From assembly GCF_001642725.1 (NCBI RefSeq), contig NZ_LSUQ01000020.1:1-45068 (forward strand): 45,068 bases of DNA, in the 5' to 3' direction. The translations under genes and the position numbers were made by a program. Under the pieces are notes generated by a model, which worked only from the letters and a program-made list of their open reading frames with translations, made no database searches and was not told the origin of the DNA. The stretch comes from Ferroacidibacillus organovorans (GTDB taxonomy: Bacteria > Bacillota > Bacilli > Alicyclobacillales > SLC66). The stretch's first letter is position 1. Every line of letters starts with the position of its first letter. Shown here piece by piece: positions 9,022 through 19,147 of this stretch.

Positions 9022-10014
9022 ATGCGTTACTTTGCACAGCGGTTTGGCTTTTTTATCCTCTCTTTATGGGCGGCCATAACAATCAATTTTTTATTGCCGC
9101 GGTTTATGCCCGGGAATCCAGCAGAGGTAATGATCACCAGATATCAAGGTCGCTTGAATCCATTGGTGCTGCACTCTCTTGAATTGCAATTTGGAATCAG
9201 TCATCAGCCGCTGTGGCAGCAATATGTAACTTATGTTCAAAATATGATTCATGGTCAATTTGGATTATCAATTACTTATTATCCTGTACCAGTCATCAGT
9301 GTAATTGAAAATAGTTTGCCGTGGACGTTAGGCTTAGCGGGAACGGCAACGGTTGTGTCATCGATTCTCGGTGTATTGCTTGGGATTTTTGCTGCTTGGA
9401 AGAGGGGGGGAATGGCAGATACACTTCTTCCCGTGGTGACAACCTTTACCTCTGCAATACCTTATCAATGGTTAGCGCTTCTCTTACTCTATATTTTCGG
9501 TTTTTCCTTAGGTTGGTTTCCCACTGCTCATTCGTATTCGGCCACCTTGAGTCCCTCTCTCCATCCGGCATTTATCGGAAATGTGCTTGATCACGCGATT
9601 CTTCCGGCTACAACCATGATCGTTACTGCACTCGGTGGCTGGCTGCTTGGAATGAGAAATAACATGATTCATACCTTAGGCGAAGATTATGTTGTATTTG
9701 CTGAAGCCAAAGGTGTTACACAAAAAAGATTGAAGTATATGTATGCGGCGAGAAATGCAATGTTACCTAGTTTGACAGGGTTTGGGATGGCATTGGGGTT
9801 TGTCGTTGGCGGCTCTGTACTTGTCGAGAGTGTGTTTTCTTATCCCGGCATTGGTTATCAGCTGGTTACAGCGGTGCAAAACGAAGATTATCCTTTGATG
9901 CAGGGTCTTTTTCTAATTATTGCAGTCTCTGTTTTACTCGCTAACTTTATTGTTGAAATGCTCTATGGGAAATTAGATCCTCGCGTGAAAAAGGGAGGAG
10001 CAGGTAGATCGTGA
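9022..10014 (+). CDS. ABC transporter permease (OppB/DppB-like)
   Basis: MPGNP, EAA loop (EDYVVFAEAKG), VESVFSYPGIG, DYPLMQG and LDPRV motifs. Confidence 0.93.
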   Translation: MRYFAQRFGFFILSLWAAITINFLLPRFMPGNPAEVMITRYQGRLNPLVLHSLELQFGISHQPLWQQYVTYVQNMIHGQFGLSITYYPVPVISVIENSLPWTLGLAGTATVVSSILGVLLGIFAAWKRGGMADTLLPVVTTFTSAIPYQWLALLLLYIFGFSLGWFPTAHSYSATLSPSLHPAFIGNVLDHAILPATTMIVTALGGWLLGMRNNMIHTLGEDYVVFAEAKGVTQKRLKYMYAARNAMLPSLTGFGMALGFVVGGSVLVESVFSYPGIGYQLVTAVQNEDYPLMQGLFLIIAVSVLLANFIVEMLYGKLDPRVKKGGAGRS

Positions 10015-10952
10015 GTATACAGAACGACAGCAAATCAAACCGTTTACGTACTTTCCCAGGGGTTCAAGCGATACGGAACTTTTTGAAGGATACTAGAGCA
10101 AAAACTGGAATTATCATATTTACTTTTTTTTCATTGATTGCAATTTTAGCGCCAGTTTTGACTCCTTATAATCCAAACGATAACAATTTTGTTCCCCTTA
10201 CGCCCCCGAGTTTGCAGCACTGGCTCGGTACCACTGGAAATGGACAGGATGTATTTTCCCAGTTTGTCTGGGGCGCAAGAACTTCATTATCGATTGGGCT
10301 TTTAGCCGGCCTGATATCCACGGTGCTTTCCGTTTTGATTGGAATGTATCCAGGATATCGCGGTGGCTGGATGGATCGCATCTTTGACACCATAACCAAT
10401 GTATTTTTAGTGATTCCAAGTCTCCCGTTGATTATTGTCATTTCATCGTACGTCCATTCAGCAGGTCCATGGGTCATCGTATTCGTAATTGGGTTGACTG
10501 GGTGGGCGGGTGGGGCGCGCGTTTTGCGAGCTCAAACGCTCACCTATCGGAATCGGGATTTTATAAGTGCTGCCAAATTGGGCGGTTCATCAGAATTGCG
10601 TATCTTGGTGTGGGAAATTGTTCCGAATATGCTCTCCCTTATCATCAGTAATTTTATGTTTGGAACATTGGGTGCCATTTTGGCTGAGGCAGGATTGGAA
10701 TTTCTGGGGCTTGGAAATGTAAGTGTCGTGAGTTGGGGAACGATGCTTTATTGGTCGGACTCAGGTGGCGCCCTCTTGATGGGAGCTTGGTGGTGGTTGC
10801 TTCCCGAGGGATTGGCCATTGCTCTTTTTGGAATGAGTCTTGCACTGATGAATTTTGGCATTGACCAACTAACCAACCCTCGCTTGCGTAGTGATAGTTT
10901 GAATAAGAAAAAAGCCAGGATAAAAAGGAGGGAGTCTAATGCAAACATCTGA
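10011..10952 (+). CDS. ABC transporter permease (OppC/DppC-like)
   Basis: HWLGT..GQDVFS, EAA loop (DFISAAKLGG), LEFLGLG, SWG.ML and NPRLR motifs. Confidence 0.93.
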   Translation: MSIQNDSKSNRLRTFPGVQAIRNFLKDTRAKTGIIIFTFFSLIAILAPVLTPYNPNDNNFVPLTPPSLQHWLGTTGNGQDVFSQFVWGARTSLSIGLLAGLISTVLSVLIGMYPGYRGGWMDRIFDTITNVFLVIPSLPLIIVISSYVHSAGPWVIVFVIGLTGWAGGARVLRAQTLTYRNRDFISAAKLGGSSELRILVWEIVPNMLSLIISNFMFGTLGAILAEAGLEFLGLGNVSVVSWGTMLYWSDSGGALLMGAWWWLLPEGLAIALFGMSLALMNFGIDQLTNPRLRSDSLNKKKARIKRRESNANI

Positions 10953-11949
10953 AACAATGGAAAGGCAGACTCCGATCCTCGAAGTGGATCATTTGACCGT
11001 TGTTTATGAAACAGCGAAGGGTGATGTCATCGCTGTTCGCGATGTGAGTTTCTCCCTGTATCCGAATGAAATTATGGGTCTTATCGGAGAATCGGGTTCA
11101 GGCAAGTCAACGATGGCCTACGCTATTTTAAGGATGCTCAAAGGCGCTGCTCGCGTTGTGCATGGTACGGTTCGCATACTGGGAAAAGATATTTATCTGC
11201 TATCTCCCGAGGAACTGAGAAAATTTCGGTGGAGTCACTTTTCAATGGTTTTTCAAAGTGCCATGAACGCTTTGAATCCTGTAATGACTGTCGAAGCGCA
11301 AGTGATCGATACATTGAAGAGTCATCGACCTCATCTTACGCGTTTGGAAGCAAAAGAACGTGCACTAGAGTTGTGTGAACTCGTTCGCATTGATCCGCGT
11401 TATTTAAAAAGTTATCCACATGAATTATCAGGTGGCATGCGCCAACGTATTGTGATTGCAATCGCGATCGCGCTGGAACCGTCATTAGTGATTATGGATG
11501 AACCGACTACGGCACTCGACGTCGTTGTTCAACGCTCCATCATGGATCAAATTCGCGACATTCAAATGCGGGTTCATTTTTCTATCCTCTTTATCAGTCA
11601 CGATTTTAGTCTTGTATCGGAATTGGCTACGCGAATTGCCATCATGTACGCTGGTCAAATCGTAGAGTTTACTGATTCTCACTCTTTAGAAGATCGCATG
11701 AGTTTACATCATCCCTACACAGAAGGTCTATGGAATGCCATTCCCAAGTTGGCGAACCGCAATATCGTGATCGAGGGGATTCCTGGAGGTCCACCCAATC
11801 TGCTAAAGCTCCCTGAGGGTTGTTCTTTTCATCCTCGCTGCCGTTATAAGAGCGAGATATGTTCGGCGCAAACGCCAGAATTGAAAACATATGGGACATA
11901 TGAAATTGCATGTCATCATGTTCTTGACAAGGAGGGGCATCATGATTGA
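10939..11949 (+). CDS. ABC transporter ATP-binding protein (OppD/DppD-like)
   Basis: [25 protein letters not shown]-terminal HPYT and Cys-rich domain. Confidence 0.95.
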   Translation: MQTSETMERQTPILEVDHLTVVYETAKGDVIAVRDVSFSLYPNEIMGLIGESGSGKSTMAYAILRMLKGAARVVHGTVRILGKDIYLLSPEELRKFRWSHFSMVFQSAMNALNPVMTVEAQVIDTLKSHRPHLTRLEAKERALELCELVRIDPRYLKSYPHELSGGMRQRIVIAIAIALEPSLVIMDEPTTALDVVVQRSIMDQIRDIQMRVHFSILFISHDFSLVSELATRIAIMYAGQIVEFTDSHSLEDRMSLHHPYTEGLWNAIPKLANRNIVIEGIPGGPPNLLKLPEGCSFHPRCRYKSEICSAQTPELKTYGTYEIACHHVLDKEGHHD

Positions 11950-12907
11950 CGAAAATCACGTCTTGGTAGCAGATCAAGTCGTCGTTCGATTCTCGGTTGC
12001 ATCCAATCTAAAGCGAAATGAGATTGTCCCTGTTAGACGCGTCAGTTTTTCATTAAATAAAGGTGAAGTATTGGCGATCGTTGGTGAATCAGGAAGTGGG
12101 AAAACGACGATTGGAAGAGCTTTGGTGCGATTGTTAGAGCCAAATGATGGGACAATCATGTTGGCGGGAAAGGATATTACACATGTGAAAGGTCGCTCCC
12201 TTCACGAGCAACGGAAAAATATACAAATGATATTCCAAGATCCATACGGGTCTTTGAATCCAGTACACACGATCGCGCAACATCTGGCATTTCCAATAAA
12301 GAAATTCCAGAAAATAAAGAAGGCTGCACTTGAGGAAGCGATCGAAGAAGCTTTGTTGCTCGTCGGATTAACACCGGTTTCTGAGATGAAAAATAAATTT
12401 CCACACGAATTGTCGGGAGGTCAACGGCAACGCGTCGCGATTGCGCGGGCACTGGCGGTGCGTCCAAAAGTTGTCGTGGCAGATGAACCGATTTCGATGT
12501 TGGACGTTTCCATCCGGGCGGAAATCTTGAATCTACTCAAGGACTTACAAAAACGTTTGGGAATTTCATTTGTCTATATCACGCATGACCTTGCATCTGC
12601 GAGATATTTTGGGGATCGCATTGCCGTCATGTATGGTGGACAAATTATGGAATTGGCACCTTCTGATCACCTGATTCATCAACCGCACCACCCATATTCC
12701 AAATTGCTTTTAGCTGCGACTCCCGGAATGAAGTACATGGAGAAACTCCCGGAAACAAGCAATCGCGCTCCGAATTTATTGAGTACCCGTAAAGGGTGTC
12801 CCTTTGCTGAACGCTGTCCAGCTGTTTTAGACATTTGTTCTGAACAGGAACCGCTTTTGCGATCTCTGGATCCGATCCACCACGTTGCATGCCATCTCTA
12901 TCCTTGA
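11942..12907 (+). CDS. ABC transporter ATP-binding protein (OppF/DppF-like)
   Basis: GESGSGKT, LSGGQRQR, DEPISMLD, C-terminal GCPFAERC..VACH; RBS AAGGAGG. Confidence 0.95.
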   Translation: MIDENHVLVADQVVVRFSVASNLKRNEIVPVRRVSFSLNKGEVLAIVGESGSGKTTIGRALVRLLEPNDGTIMLAGKDITHVKGRSLHEQRKNIQMIFQDPYGSLNPVHTIAQHLAFPIKKFQKIKKAALEEAIEEALLLVGLTPVSEMKNKFPHELSGGQRQRVAIARALAVRPKVVVADEPISMLDVSIRAEILNLLKDLQKRLGISFVYITHDLASARYFGDRIAVMYGGQIMELAPSDHLIHQPHHPYSKLLLAATPGMKYMEKLPETSNRAPNLLSTRKGCPFAERCPAVLDICSEQEPLLRSLDPIHHVACHLYP

Positions 12908-13096
12908 TGGAAAAATAGCATCGGATTACAGATTTCATTGTAGATTGTGGCCGGCATGGGGCAGTTGTAGTGTCAGAAGGATTACAATGAGCCCCTTCGA
13001 TCCTTTGCGGGCGCTTGAATTACTGTGCGACGTTGACATTTCACGAAACTTAACCTATATATAATTTGATAGTAAATATAGAAAGGATTGTGCGCA

Positions 13097-13690
13097 ATGA
13101 ACTATCCTGTATCGTCATTTTTTCCAATTGCGATAGGTTTTTTAAGTCTATCGATCAATTATTTTGTGCAAGGAGGCAGCGTGCTTTTTGATGGGCCAAG
13201 ACATACCAAAGATCCCAGGCAAAATGAGAAAATGCTTGGACTTTGGGGAATGTTACTCGGGGGATTCGGACAGCTCTTGACTGGAACGTATCTCATGGTT
13301 GGTTTGAGCTGGTTTCCGGTCTATCGGGATGCAGCGCCACTCTATATGGCAGCCGTCGCATTCTCTGTTTATGGCATTCATTGGGTCGTTTTGGGATTGA
13401 GGCGTTTTCTCGGATTGGATGCCGGTTCTGAAGCGTGGATGTCCATTCCGCTGCTTGGCCTTAGTGTGCTCGGTACCATCTCGTTTGGAATGGCTGGCGA
13501 TCAACCAGCAATGATTCTTTTTATCGGTCTGATTCTGATTTATATTTCCGAGCTTATGGCGCGTTTTACTCAAATTCAGTTCTGGGTGAAATCACTCGCT
13601 TTTTTCCAACTTATAACTGGAATTTGGCTTCTGTACCTCACGTACGGTGTCACGCTTAACACGGCAAATGGACTCCATTTCTGGGTTTGA
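13097..13690 (+). CDS. 6-TM channel-like protein, divergent SatP/GPR1/YaaH (AceTr) or AmiS/UreI superfamily
   Basis: GMLLGGFGQLLTG, AFSVYGIHW and G...LY...G..LN resemble SatP motifs; FLGLD....W.S resembles UreI. Confidence 0.55.
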   Translation: MNYPVSSFFPIAIGFLSLSINYFVQGGSVLFDGPRHTKDPRQNEKMLGLWGMLLGGFGQLLTGTYLMVGLSWFPVYRDAAPLYMAAVAFSVYGIHWVVLGLRRFLGLDAGSEAWMSIPLLGLSVLGTISFGMAGDQPAMILFIGLILIYISELMARFTQIQFWVKSLAFFQLITGIWLLYLTYGVTLNTANGLHFWV

Positions 13691-13717
13691 TCGGCACAGG
13701 TTTGATGGATTGAAATG

Positions 13718-13761
13718 AAAAAGCACAGTCTCTTCAATAAATTGAAGAGACTGTGCTTTTT
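13718..13761. terminator. Bidirectional intrinsic terminator
   Basis: Perfect 21-bp inverted repeat AAAAAGCACAGTCTCTTCAAT / ATTGAAGAGACTGTGCTTTTT. Confidence 0.85.
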
Positions 13762-13861
13762 GGTTGATGGTGGGTTAATACGAAACGATGATGCTCGTAT
13801 CGCCTGATGCGTCCAAGATGACTGCACCCTTGTGGATGAACGGAGTGAGTGTTGCAAATCA

Positions 13862-13911
13862 TTGACCGGAAGAAGAGTACAATGTACAATGCCCATAAAA
13901 CCGATCGGTTT
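13862..13911 (+). promoter_or_regulatory. Sigma-A promoter of cobA with a perfect palindromic operator near +1
   Basis: TTGACC N17 TACAAT (13862-13890), followed by AAACCGATCGGTTT (13898-13911). Confidence 0.65.
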
Positions 13912-13926
13912 AACGGGGGTGTGCAA

Positions 13927-15408
13927 ATGAATCCGGTGATGCTTCTGGGCGCCGGTCCAGGTGACCCGCAGTTGCTCTCCGTGCGGGGAAGGGCAGTGCT
14001 TGAAACCGCAGAAGTGGTGGTGTATGACCGTCTTGTTTCACCTGTTCTTCTTGAAAGCGCACCTGTTTCGACTGAATTTTTCTATGTTGGAAAAGCATCG
14101 TCTGCGCATAGTGTCGCTCAAGAAGAGATCCAACAGTTGCTGATTCAAAAAGCGCGTGAAGGCAAACGGGTCGTGCGGTTAAAGGGTGGCGACCCGTTCA
14201 TCTTTGGCCGCGGAGGAGAAGAGGCGGCTGTACTTCGGTCGGCACAGATCCCCTTCCAGATCATCCCGGGCGTCAGTTCAGCGATGAGTGTGCCAGCCTA
14301 CGCGGGTATCCCACTGACACAGCGGGCAATGGCATGCTCGTTTCGCGTTGTGGCAGGACACTTGAGCTCTGCTGTACTCCCAGCGTTTGGGCAACCGCAC
14401 GCAGGTGAAACGCTCGTCATTCTTATGGGGCTCGCGAATCTGCAGGAAATCGTTACATCGCTTCTCGCGCACGGTTATTCACATGAGTTGCCCGTCGCCG
14501 TCACCCGCTGTGGCACGACGGCCGAACAAGCGACAGTGCAAGGGACACTGGCAGACATCGCTTCTCGCGTCACACGCGCTAGGCTTAGGAGTCCTGCGAT
14601 GATCGTGGTGGGAGAAACCGTGCATCTGCGCGATGCGTTAGCCTGGCGGGAACGTCTACCGCTTTTTGGAAAACGAATTTTGTGCATCGGTGAGACGAGT
14701 GACCAGATTCGCACAGATTGTGATCAGCTTCAAGAGGCAGGCGCCGAGGTATTTCCTTTTTTACTTGAGCGCTATGCAACAGTGAGTGAGAGCACTGAGG
14801 AAAAGATTGCCGCACTGCTTTGCGACGAAGGAAAAGGGCAGGTCGCGGTCATCGTGCGTACACTTCTCGGCGCCAAGGCGCTGTTACGCATATTTCGAGA
14901 AAGGGAGACCCATCCCATACGCTTTCCGCACGTGTCCATTGCGTCTGCGCGTGCGGATGTGATCGCTTATTTGGAGGAGCGAGGTGTGCTGCCTGAACGA
15001 ATCCTTGGGCTGTATCCAGACGATCTGCAAACGTTTTTCATGAGGCACTCGGGCGGACACGTATTTTCGGAGTGCGGAAACGGCCTGCCTCCGGTCGCGG
15101 GAACACTTCCGCTGACACTCGTCGAGTATCGCGTCGACGGCATGTCACCATTGCGGGCGTGGCTCGAAGCCAATGAAATGCATCCGGCCGACGCGGTCAT
15201 CTCGTATGCAGAAAATGCCGTCGCCCATGTGAAGCGACAGGTTGTGTGGCCGCGCGGCGCGTCTGAGCATTGGCGAGCGAACCTGGCTGGCAAAGAAGAT
15301 AGCATTGAGATTGAGGAACTTTGTAAACGCATAGCCTGGGCGAGTGCGTGGGAAGTGGGGCTGGATCGCGAAAACGGGTGTGAGGCATTTGACGGCATCG
15401 CAAACTGA
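13927..15408 (+). CDS. cobA: Uroporphyrinogen-III C-methyltransferase fused to a divergent HemD-like domain
   Basis: GAGPGDP.LL, YDRLV, RLKGGDPFIFGRGGEE, PGVSS; linker W.E..PLFGKRIL typical of CobA-HemD fusions. Confidence 0.88.
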   Translation: MNPVMLLGAGPGDPQLLSVRGRAVLETAEVVVYDRLVSPVLLESAPVSTEFFYVGKASSAHSVAQEEIQQLLIQKAREGKRVVRLKGGDPFIFGRGGEEAAVLRSAQIPFQIIPGVSSAMSVPAYAGIPLTQRAMACSFRVVAGHLSSAVLPAFGQPHAGETLVILMGLANLQEIVTSLLAHGYSHELPVAVTRCGTTAEQATVQGTLADIASRVTRARLRSPAMIVVGETVHLRDALAWRERLPLFGKRILCIGETSDQIRTDCDQLQEAGAEVFPFLLERYATVSESTEEKIAALLCDEGKGQVAVIVRTLLGAKALLRIFRERETHPIRFPHVSIASARADVIAYLEERGVLPERILGLYPDDLQTFFMRHSGGHVFSECGNGLPPVAGTLPLTLVEYRVDGMSPLRAWLEANEMHPADAVISYAENAVAHVKRQVVWPRGASEHWRANLAGKEDSIEIEELCKRIAWASAWEVGLDRENGCEAFDGIAN

Positions 15409-15422
15409 GGGAGCGTCAAAAT

Positions 15423-15456
15423 ACAAAGGCGACGGAGCATTCTCCGTCGCCTTTGT
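15423..15456. terminator. Intrinsic terminator between convergent cobA and RND genes
   Basis: Perfect 15-bp stem ACAAAGGCGACGGAG / CTCCGTCGCCTTTGT. Confidence 0.8.
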
Positions 15457-15553
15457 GCCTGAATGCCCGTGGAGCGGGTCAATGTGCGGCTAACCCACTT
15501 GGCGGCTGCCCTTTAAACGGATGGTTACCAAACAACGTGAAGAGGGAGCTTTT

Positions 15554-18500
15554 CTAGGCGCTTGCCGTGACACTTCTTTCTTTACGCCGTGCTTTTCGGT
15601 GAAGCAGTTCATACGCGATCGGCACGACGAACAAGGTCAGGATGGTGGATGTCACAAGTCCTCCGATCACGACGACGGCGAGCCCCTGCGAGATCAGTGC
15701 GCCCTCGGAGAGACCGGCGGCGAGTGGGGCAAGCGCGCAGATCGTCGCAATCGCGGTCATGAGAATCGGGCGCAGTCTCGTTGTGCCAGCCTCAAGTAGC
15801 GCGTCGCGCACTGTGCGGCCGCGTTTGCGCTGCTGCTCTACGCGATCGATCAGGACAATCGCGTTTGTGACGACAATACCCATCAGCATCAGGATGCCAA
15901 TCAAGGATGACACGCTGATGGGTTGGCGCGCAATGACTGTGCCGAAGAAGGCGCCGATCAAGGCGACCGGCATCGCGAACAGGATGGAAAACGGAGCAGA
16001 CCACTCGCCAAACGCGATCAGCATCACGATGTACACCATGCCGGCGGCGACGAGCACAGCCTGAATGAGTTCTCCAAAACTTTGATTCTGCTGCTGACTC
16101 GTGCCAGACAGCGCGGTCGTGACGCCTGCAGGCAGATTCAGCTTGGTAATCGCTTTTTGCGCGAGCCGTGTCGCTTTCCCCGTATTTTTTTCGGTGAACG
16201 TCGCTGTGATTTCAGCGTACGGGCTTCCGTTTCGATGCAAGACACTGACTGCCGTTTGCACGAGTTGCACCTGCGCAACATCGCCAAGCGTGAGCGACTG
16301 TCCTGTCGCCGTCGAAATCGGAAGATTGCGCAGCGCCTGGAGAGAGTTTAGTGCTGTTCCGGAATTCAGTGTGGCAATCATCGTATAGGTTTGACCGTTT
16401 AGACTCACTGTGCCCGCGTTTTGGCCGGCCAGCACATTCTGCGCAACGCTTGCGATTTGATAGGCGGTCAGTCCATACTGGCTCGCTTTGGCGAGGTTTG
16501 GCGTTACCTGAATTTGCGGCTGTGTCTGCGTCAGATTGTTTTTCACATCCGTAAGCCCAGGTACGCCCTGTAGCGCGCTTGTGATGCGCGCTGCGGCGTG
16601 ACTCACGCTCAGCGGGTCATTGCCGGAAACGACCAGAGCGTAGTTTGTCGCAGGGCCGCCCGCTGTAACGGCGGCCGCCTGGATCGTCGCAGATCCGGCG
16701 AGCGGATAGACCGCCTGTTGCAGCGCTTTTACAAAGGCGCTGACGTGCGTTGCCGGATTCAACTGGAGGAAGAAGCTTGCGCTGTTTTCATTTGTGAGCG
16801 ATCCGCGCGAGCCAGACTGGCCTGGGTCACTGCCAATCGTGACGTTCATCGTTTCAATTGTCGAGTCAAATAGAGTTTGCACGCGCTGTTCCACTTGCTG
16901 CGCTTTTTGATTGGTAGCTTGCAGGGAGCTGCCTACGGGAAGCGTTACGCTGATCGTCGCATACTTGTCATTTGATTGTGGCAAGAAGGTGCTGCCCACA
17001 GTGGGCAGTACAGCGACGGATGCGACGAGACCGATGACGCAGAGGATGATCACCAATGCCTTGTGCGTGAGCGCAAAACGCAAAAAACCTTGGTAGCGCA
17101 ATTGCCACGGGCGCAGGTGTTCCTGCTCCTCTTCTACGAGCAAATGCGTATGCACAACGCCGTCGAACGTTGACTCTTCTGACGCTGTTCCCTGCTCATC
17201 CGCCGCTGCGGCATACGCGGTCGCGAGGTGCCGCGGCGCTTTTTTCGCGATGAAAAGCCACGCCAAAAGCGGAATCAGCGTCAAGGCGACGAGCAGGGAA
17301 GAGATGAGCGAGATGACGACGGTCAAGGCGAACGGGAAGAAGATTTTTCCGATGATCCCGCTGACAAGGCCGAGTGGGAGAAAGACGGCGACCGTCGTGA
17401 TGGTCGATGACGTGATGGCTTTGGCGACCTCGCCTGTGGCAAAAAGCACGAAGGCGCGGCCAAAGCCGATGCCCCGTCTGTAGGAGCGGTGGATGTTTTC
17501 AATGACCACAATCGAGTCATCGACAACGCGCCCTGTGGCGACGGCCATGCCGCCAAGGCTCATGATGTTGATTGTGACATTGAATTGGTTGAGGAAGATG
17601 AACGCGATCAGAAGGGAGACGGGAATGGAGACGATGGCGATGAGCGTTGTCAATCCGTTTCTCAGGAAGAGAAGAATGACTAGCCCCGCGAAAAGCGCGC
17701 CGAGTAACGCCTCTCGGATCAGACCGTCAATCGACGTCTTGATCACCGTCGCTGCGTCATAGATCGTTGTGACATGCAGGTGAAACGGCAGCGACTGGGT
17801 GAGGGATTGCATCTCATTTTGGATGGCTGAAACCGTCGTCACAGTATTTGCGCTGTCTGTCTTGACGACGCTTAACAGCACACTGTCTTTTCCGTTCGTG
17901 CGGTTGATCGCAACGTTTGTGGGTTGCGCCAAGGTCACCGTAGCGAGAGCGGAGAGCGGGATCGTTTTAAGTGTTGCGTTACCCGCGCTCGACGTTTGAT
18001 TTGGAACTGTGAGCGCGGGTGTTGCTTGTGAGCTGCCCGCAGATGGGGTACCTCCCGTGGGTGAGGGGCCCCTGGTCTGCGCCGCCGCACGCATCATGCC
18101 CTGTAACTTTTGCATGAGCGTCTTCTGCTCTTCCTGAAGGGTTGTGACCATACCCTGCAATTTGGCGAGCGCGAGCGGACTCTGCGCAGATTTAGGAAGC
18201 GTGATTTGTCTTGCCAGTTCCAGTTCTGCGCCAAACAGCTGTCCCTGAACGCTTTGAATGGTGGCCATCAGTTGGTTCTCAGCTTGTATCATGCCGAGTC
18301 CCTGACCCAGTTGACCGACGGAGGAACCGAGCGTGCCGACAGCGTGTCCGAGACGCCCGATCGTCGCGCCAATCGACTGAATCCCGGCGTTTGCAGACGG
18401 GGTGAGCGTGATCGGCAAATTTTTGATATCGGCGAGTGACTGAAACTGTGTCGTGAGTTGGACAGGTCGTGTGTACCCTTGATAGGTGGCGCTTCCGACA

Positions 18501-19147
18501 GGCAAAGAGAGATTGTCGCTCTGTAGGTTTTGTAGCACCTGGGCGAGCGTGAGGTGATAGGTGGCGAGTTTGGCGGCGTCAACCTGGATCTGCACTTGAT
18601 CGGGCTCTGCGCCAGCCGTCTGTACCGAACCGACGCCGGAGATCGACTCGATGCCAGGAACGATTGTCTGATTGACAAGATTGCGCAGCGCAGTCGGTGA
18701 GGCATACTTTGATGTGATCGTAAAGTAGATGACAGGTTGCGCGTTAAAAGAAAACTGCTGGATGTTCGGACGCAAGGCAGAGGTGGGTAACTGCACCTGG
18801 TTGACCGTCTGTTGTACGTTTTGTTCCACCGTGGTTATGCTTGCGCTGCTGTGCAATTCCAAGCTGATTTCGGAGACATTTTGCACGGACGTCGACGTGA
18901 CATTTTTCACGCCAGCCACACTGCGCAGCGCCTTTTCCAAAGGATCGGACACATCAGACGCCACCGCGTTCGGCGCCGCACCGGGATACCCGGTGATCAC
19001 GGTGATGACAGGCAGCGAGATGTTTGGAAACAATTCCTCGTTGAGCGATGAGGCGGAGAGCGCGCCGCCGATGGCGAGAAGAACGGTCAAGATGATAATC
19101 ACGACCGGGTTGCGCAAGGAAAAGCGCGATAAAAAACGCATTGACAT
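15554..19147 (-). CDS. RND efflux transporter permease (AcrB/SwrC-like)
   Basis: YPGA.P, VVDDSIVVIENI, GIVVTNAIVL and RLRPILMTA motifs; 12-TM layout; RBS AAAGGAG. Confidence 0.93.
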   Translation of the reverse strand: MSMRFLSRFSLRNPVVIIILTVLLAIGGALSASSLNEELFPNISLPVITVITGYPGAAPNAVASDVSDPLEKALRSVAGVKNVTSTSVQNVSEISLELHSSASITTVEQNVQQTVNQVQLPTSALRPNIQQFSFNAQPVIYFTITSKYASPTALRNLVNQTIVPGIESISGVGSVQTAGAEPDQVQIQVDAAKLATYHLTLAQVLQNLQSDNLSLPVGSATYQGYTRPVQLTTQFQSLADIKNLPITLTPSANAGIQSIGATIGRLGHAVGTLGSSVGQLGQGLGMIQAENQLMATIQSVQGQLFGAELELARQITLPKSAQSPLALAKLQGMVTTLQEEQKTLMQKLQGMMRAAAQTRGPSPTGGTPSAGSSQATPALTVPNQTSSAGNATLKTIPLSALATVTLAQPTNVAINRTNGKDSVLLSVVKTDSANTVTTVSAIQNEMQSLTQSLPFHLHVTTIYDAATVIKTSIDGLIREALLGALFAGLVILLFLRNGLTTLIAIVSIPVSLLIAFIFLNQFNVTINIMSLGGMAVATGRVVDDSIVVIENIHRSYRRGIGFGRAFVLFATGEVAKAITSSTITTVAVFLPLGLVSGIIGKIFFPFALTVVISLISSLLVALTLIPLLAWLFIAKKAPRHLATAYAAAADEQGTASEESTFDGVVHTHLLVEEEQEHLRPWQLRYQGFLRFALTHKALVIILCVIGLVASVAVLPTVGSTFLPQSNDKYATISVTLPVGSSLQATNQKAQQVEQRVQTLFDSTIETMNVTIGSDPGQSGSRGSLTNENSASFFLQLNPATHVSAFVKALQQAVYPLAGSATIQAAAVTAGGPATNYALVVSGNDPLSVSHAAARITSALQGVPGLTDVKNNLTQTQPQIQVTPNLAKASQYGLTAYQIASVAQNVLAGQNAGTVSLNGQTYTMIATLNSGTALNSLQALRNLPISTATGQSLTLGDVAQVQLVQTAVSVLHRNGSPYAEITATFTEKNTGKATRLAQKAITKLNLPAGVTTALSGTSQQQNQSFGELIQAVLVAAGMVYIVMLIAFGEWSAPFSILFAMPVALIGAFFGTVIARQPISVSSLIGILMLMGIVVTNAIVLIDRVEQQRKRGRTVRDALLEAGTTRLRPILMTAIATICALAPLAAGLSEGALISQGLAVVVIGGLVTSTILTLFVVPIAYELLHRKARRKERSVTASA

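Noticed and set aside
13765..13926. Cobalamin riboswitch upstream of cobA
   Set aside because: No GGGAA or GCCACTG B12-box elements; the promoter lies too close to the start codon
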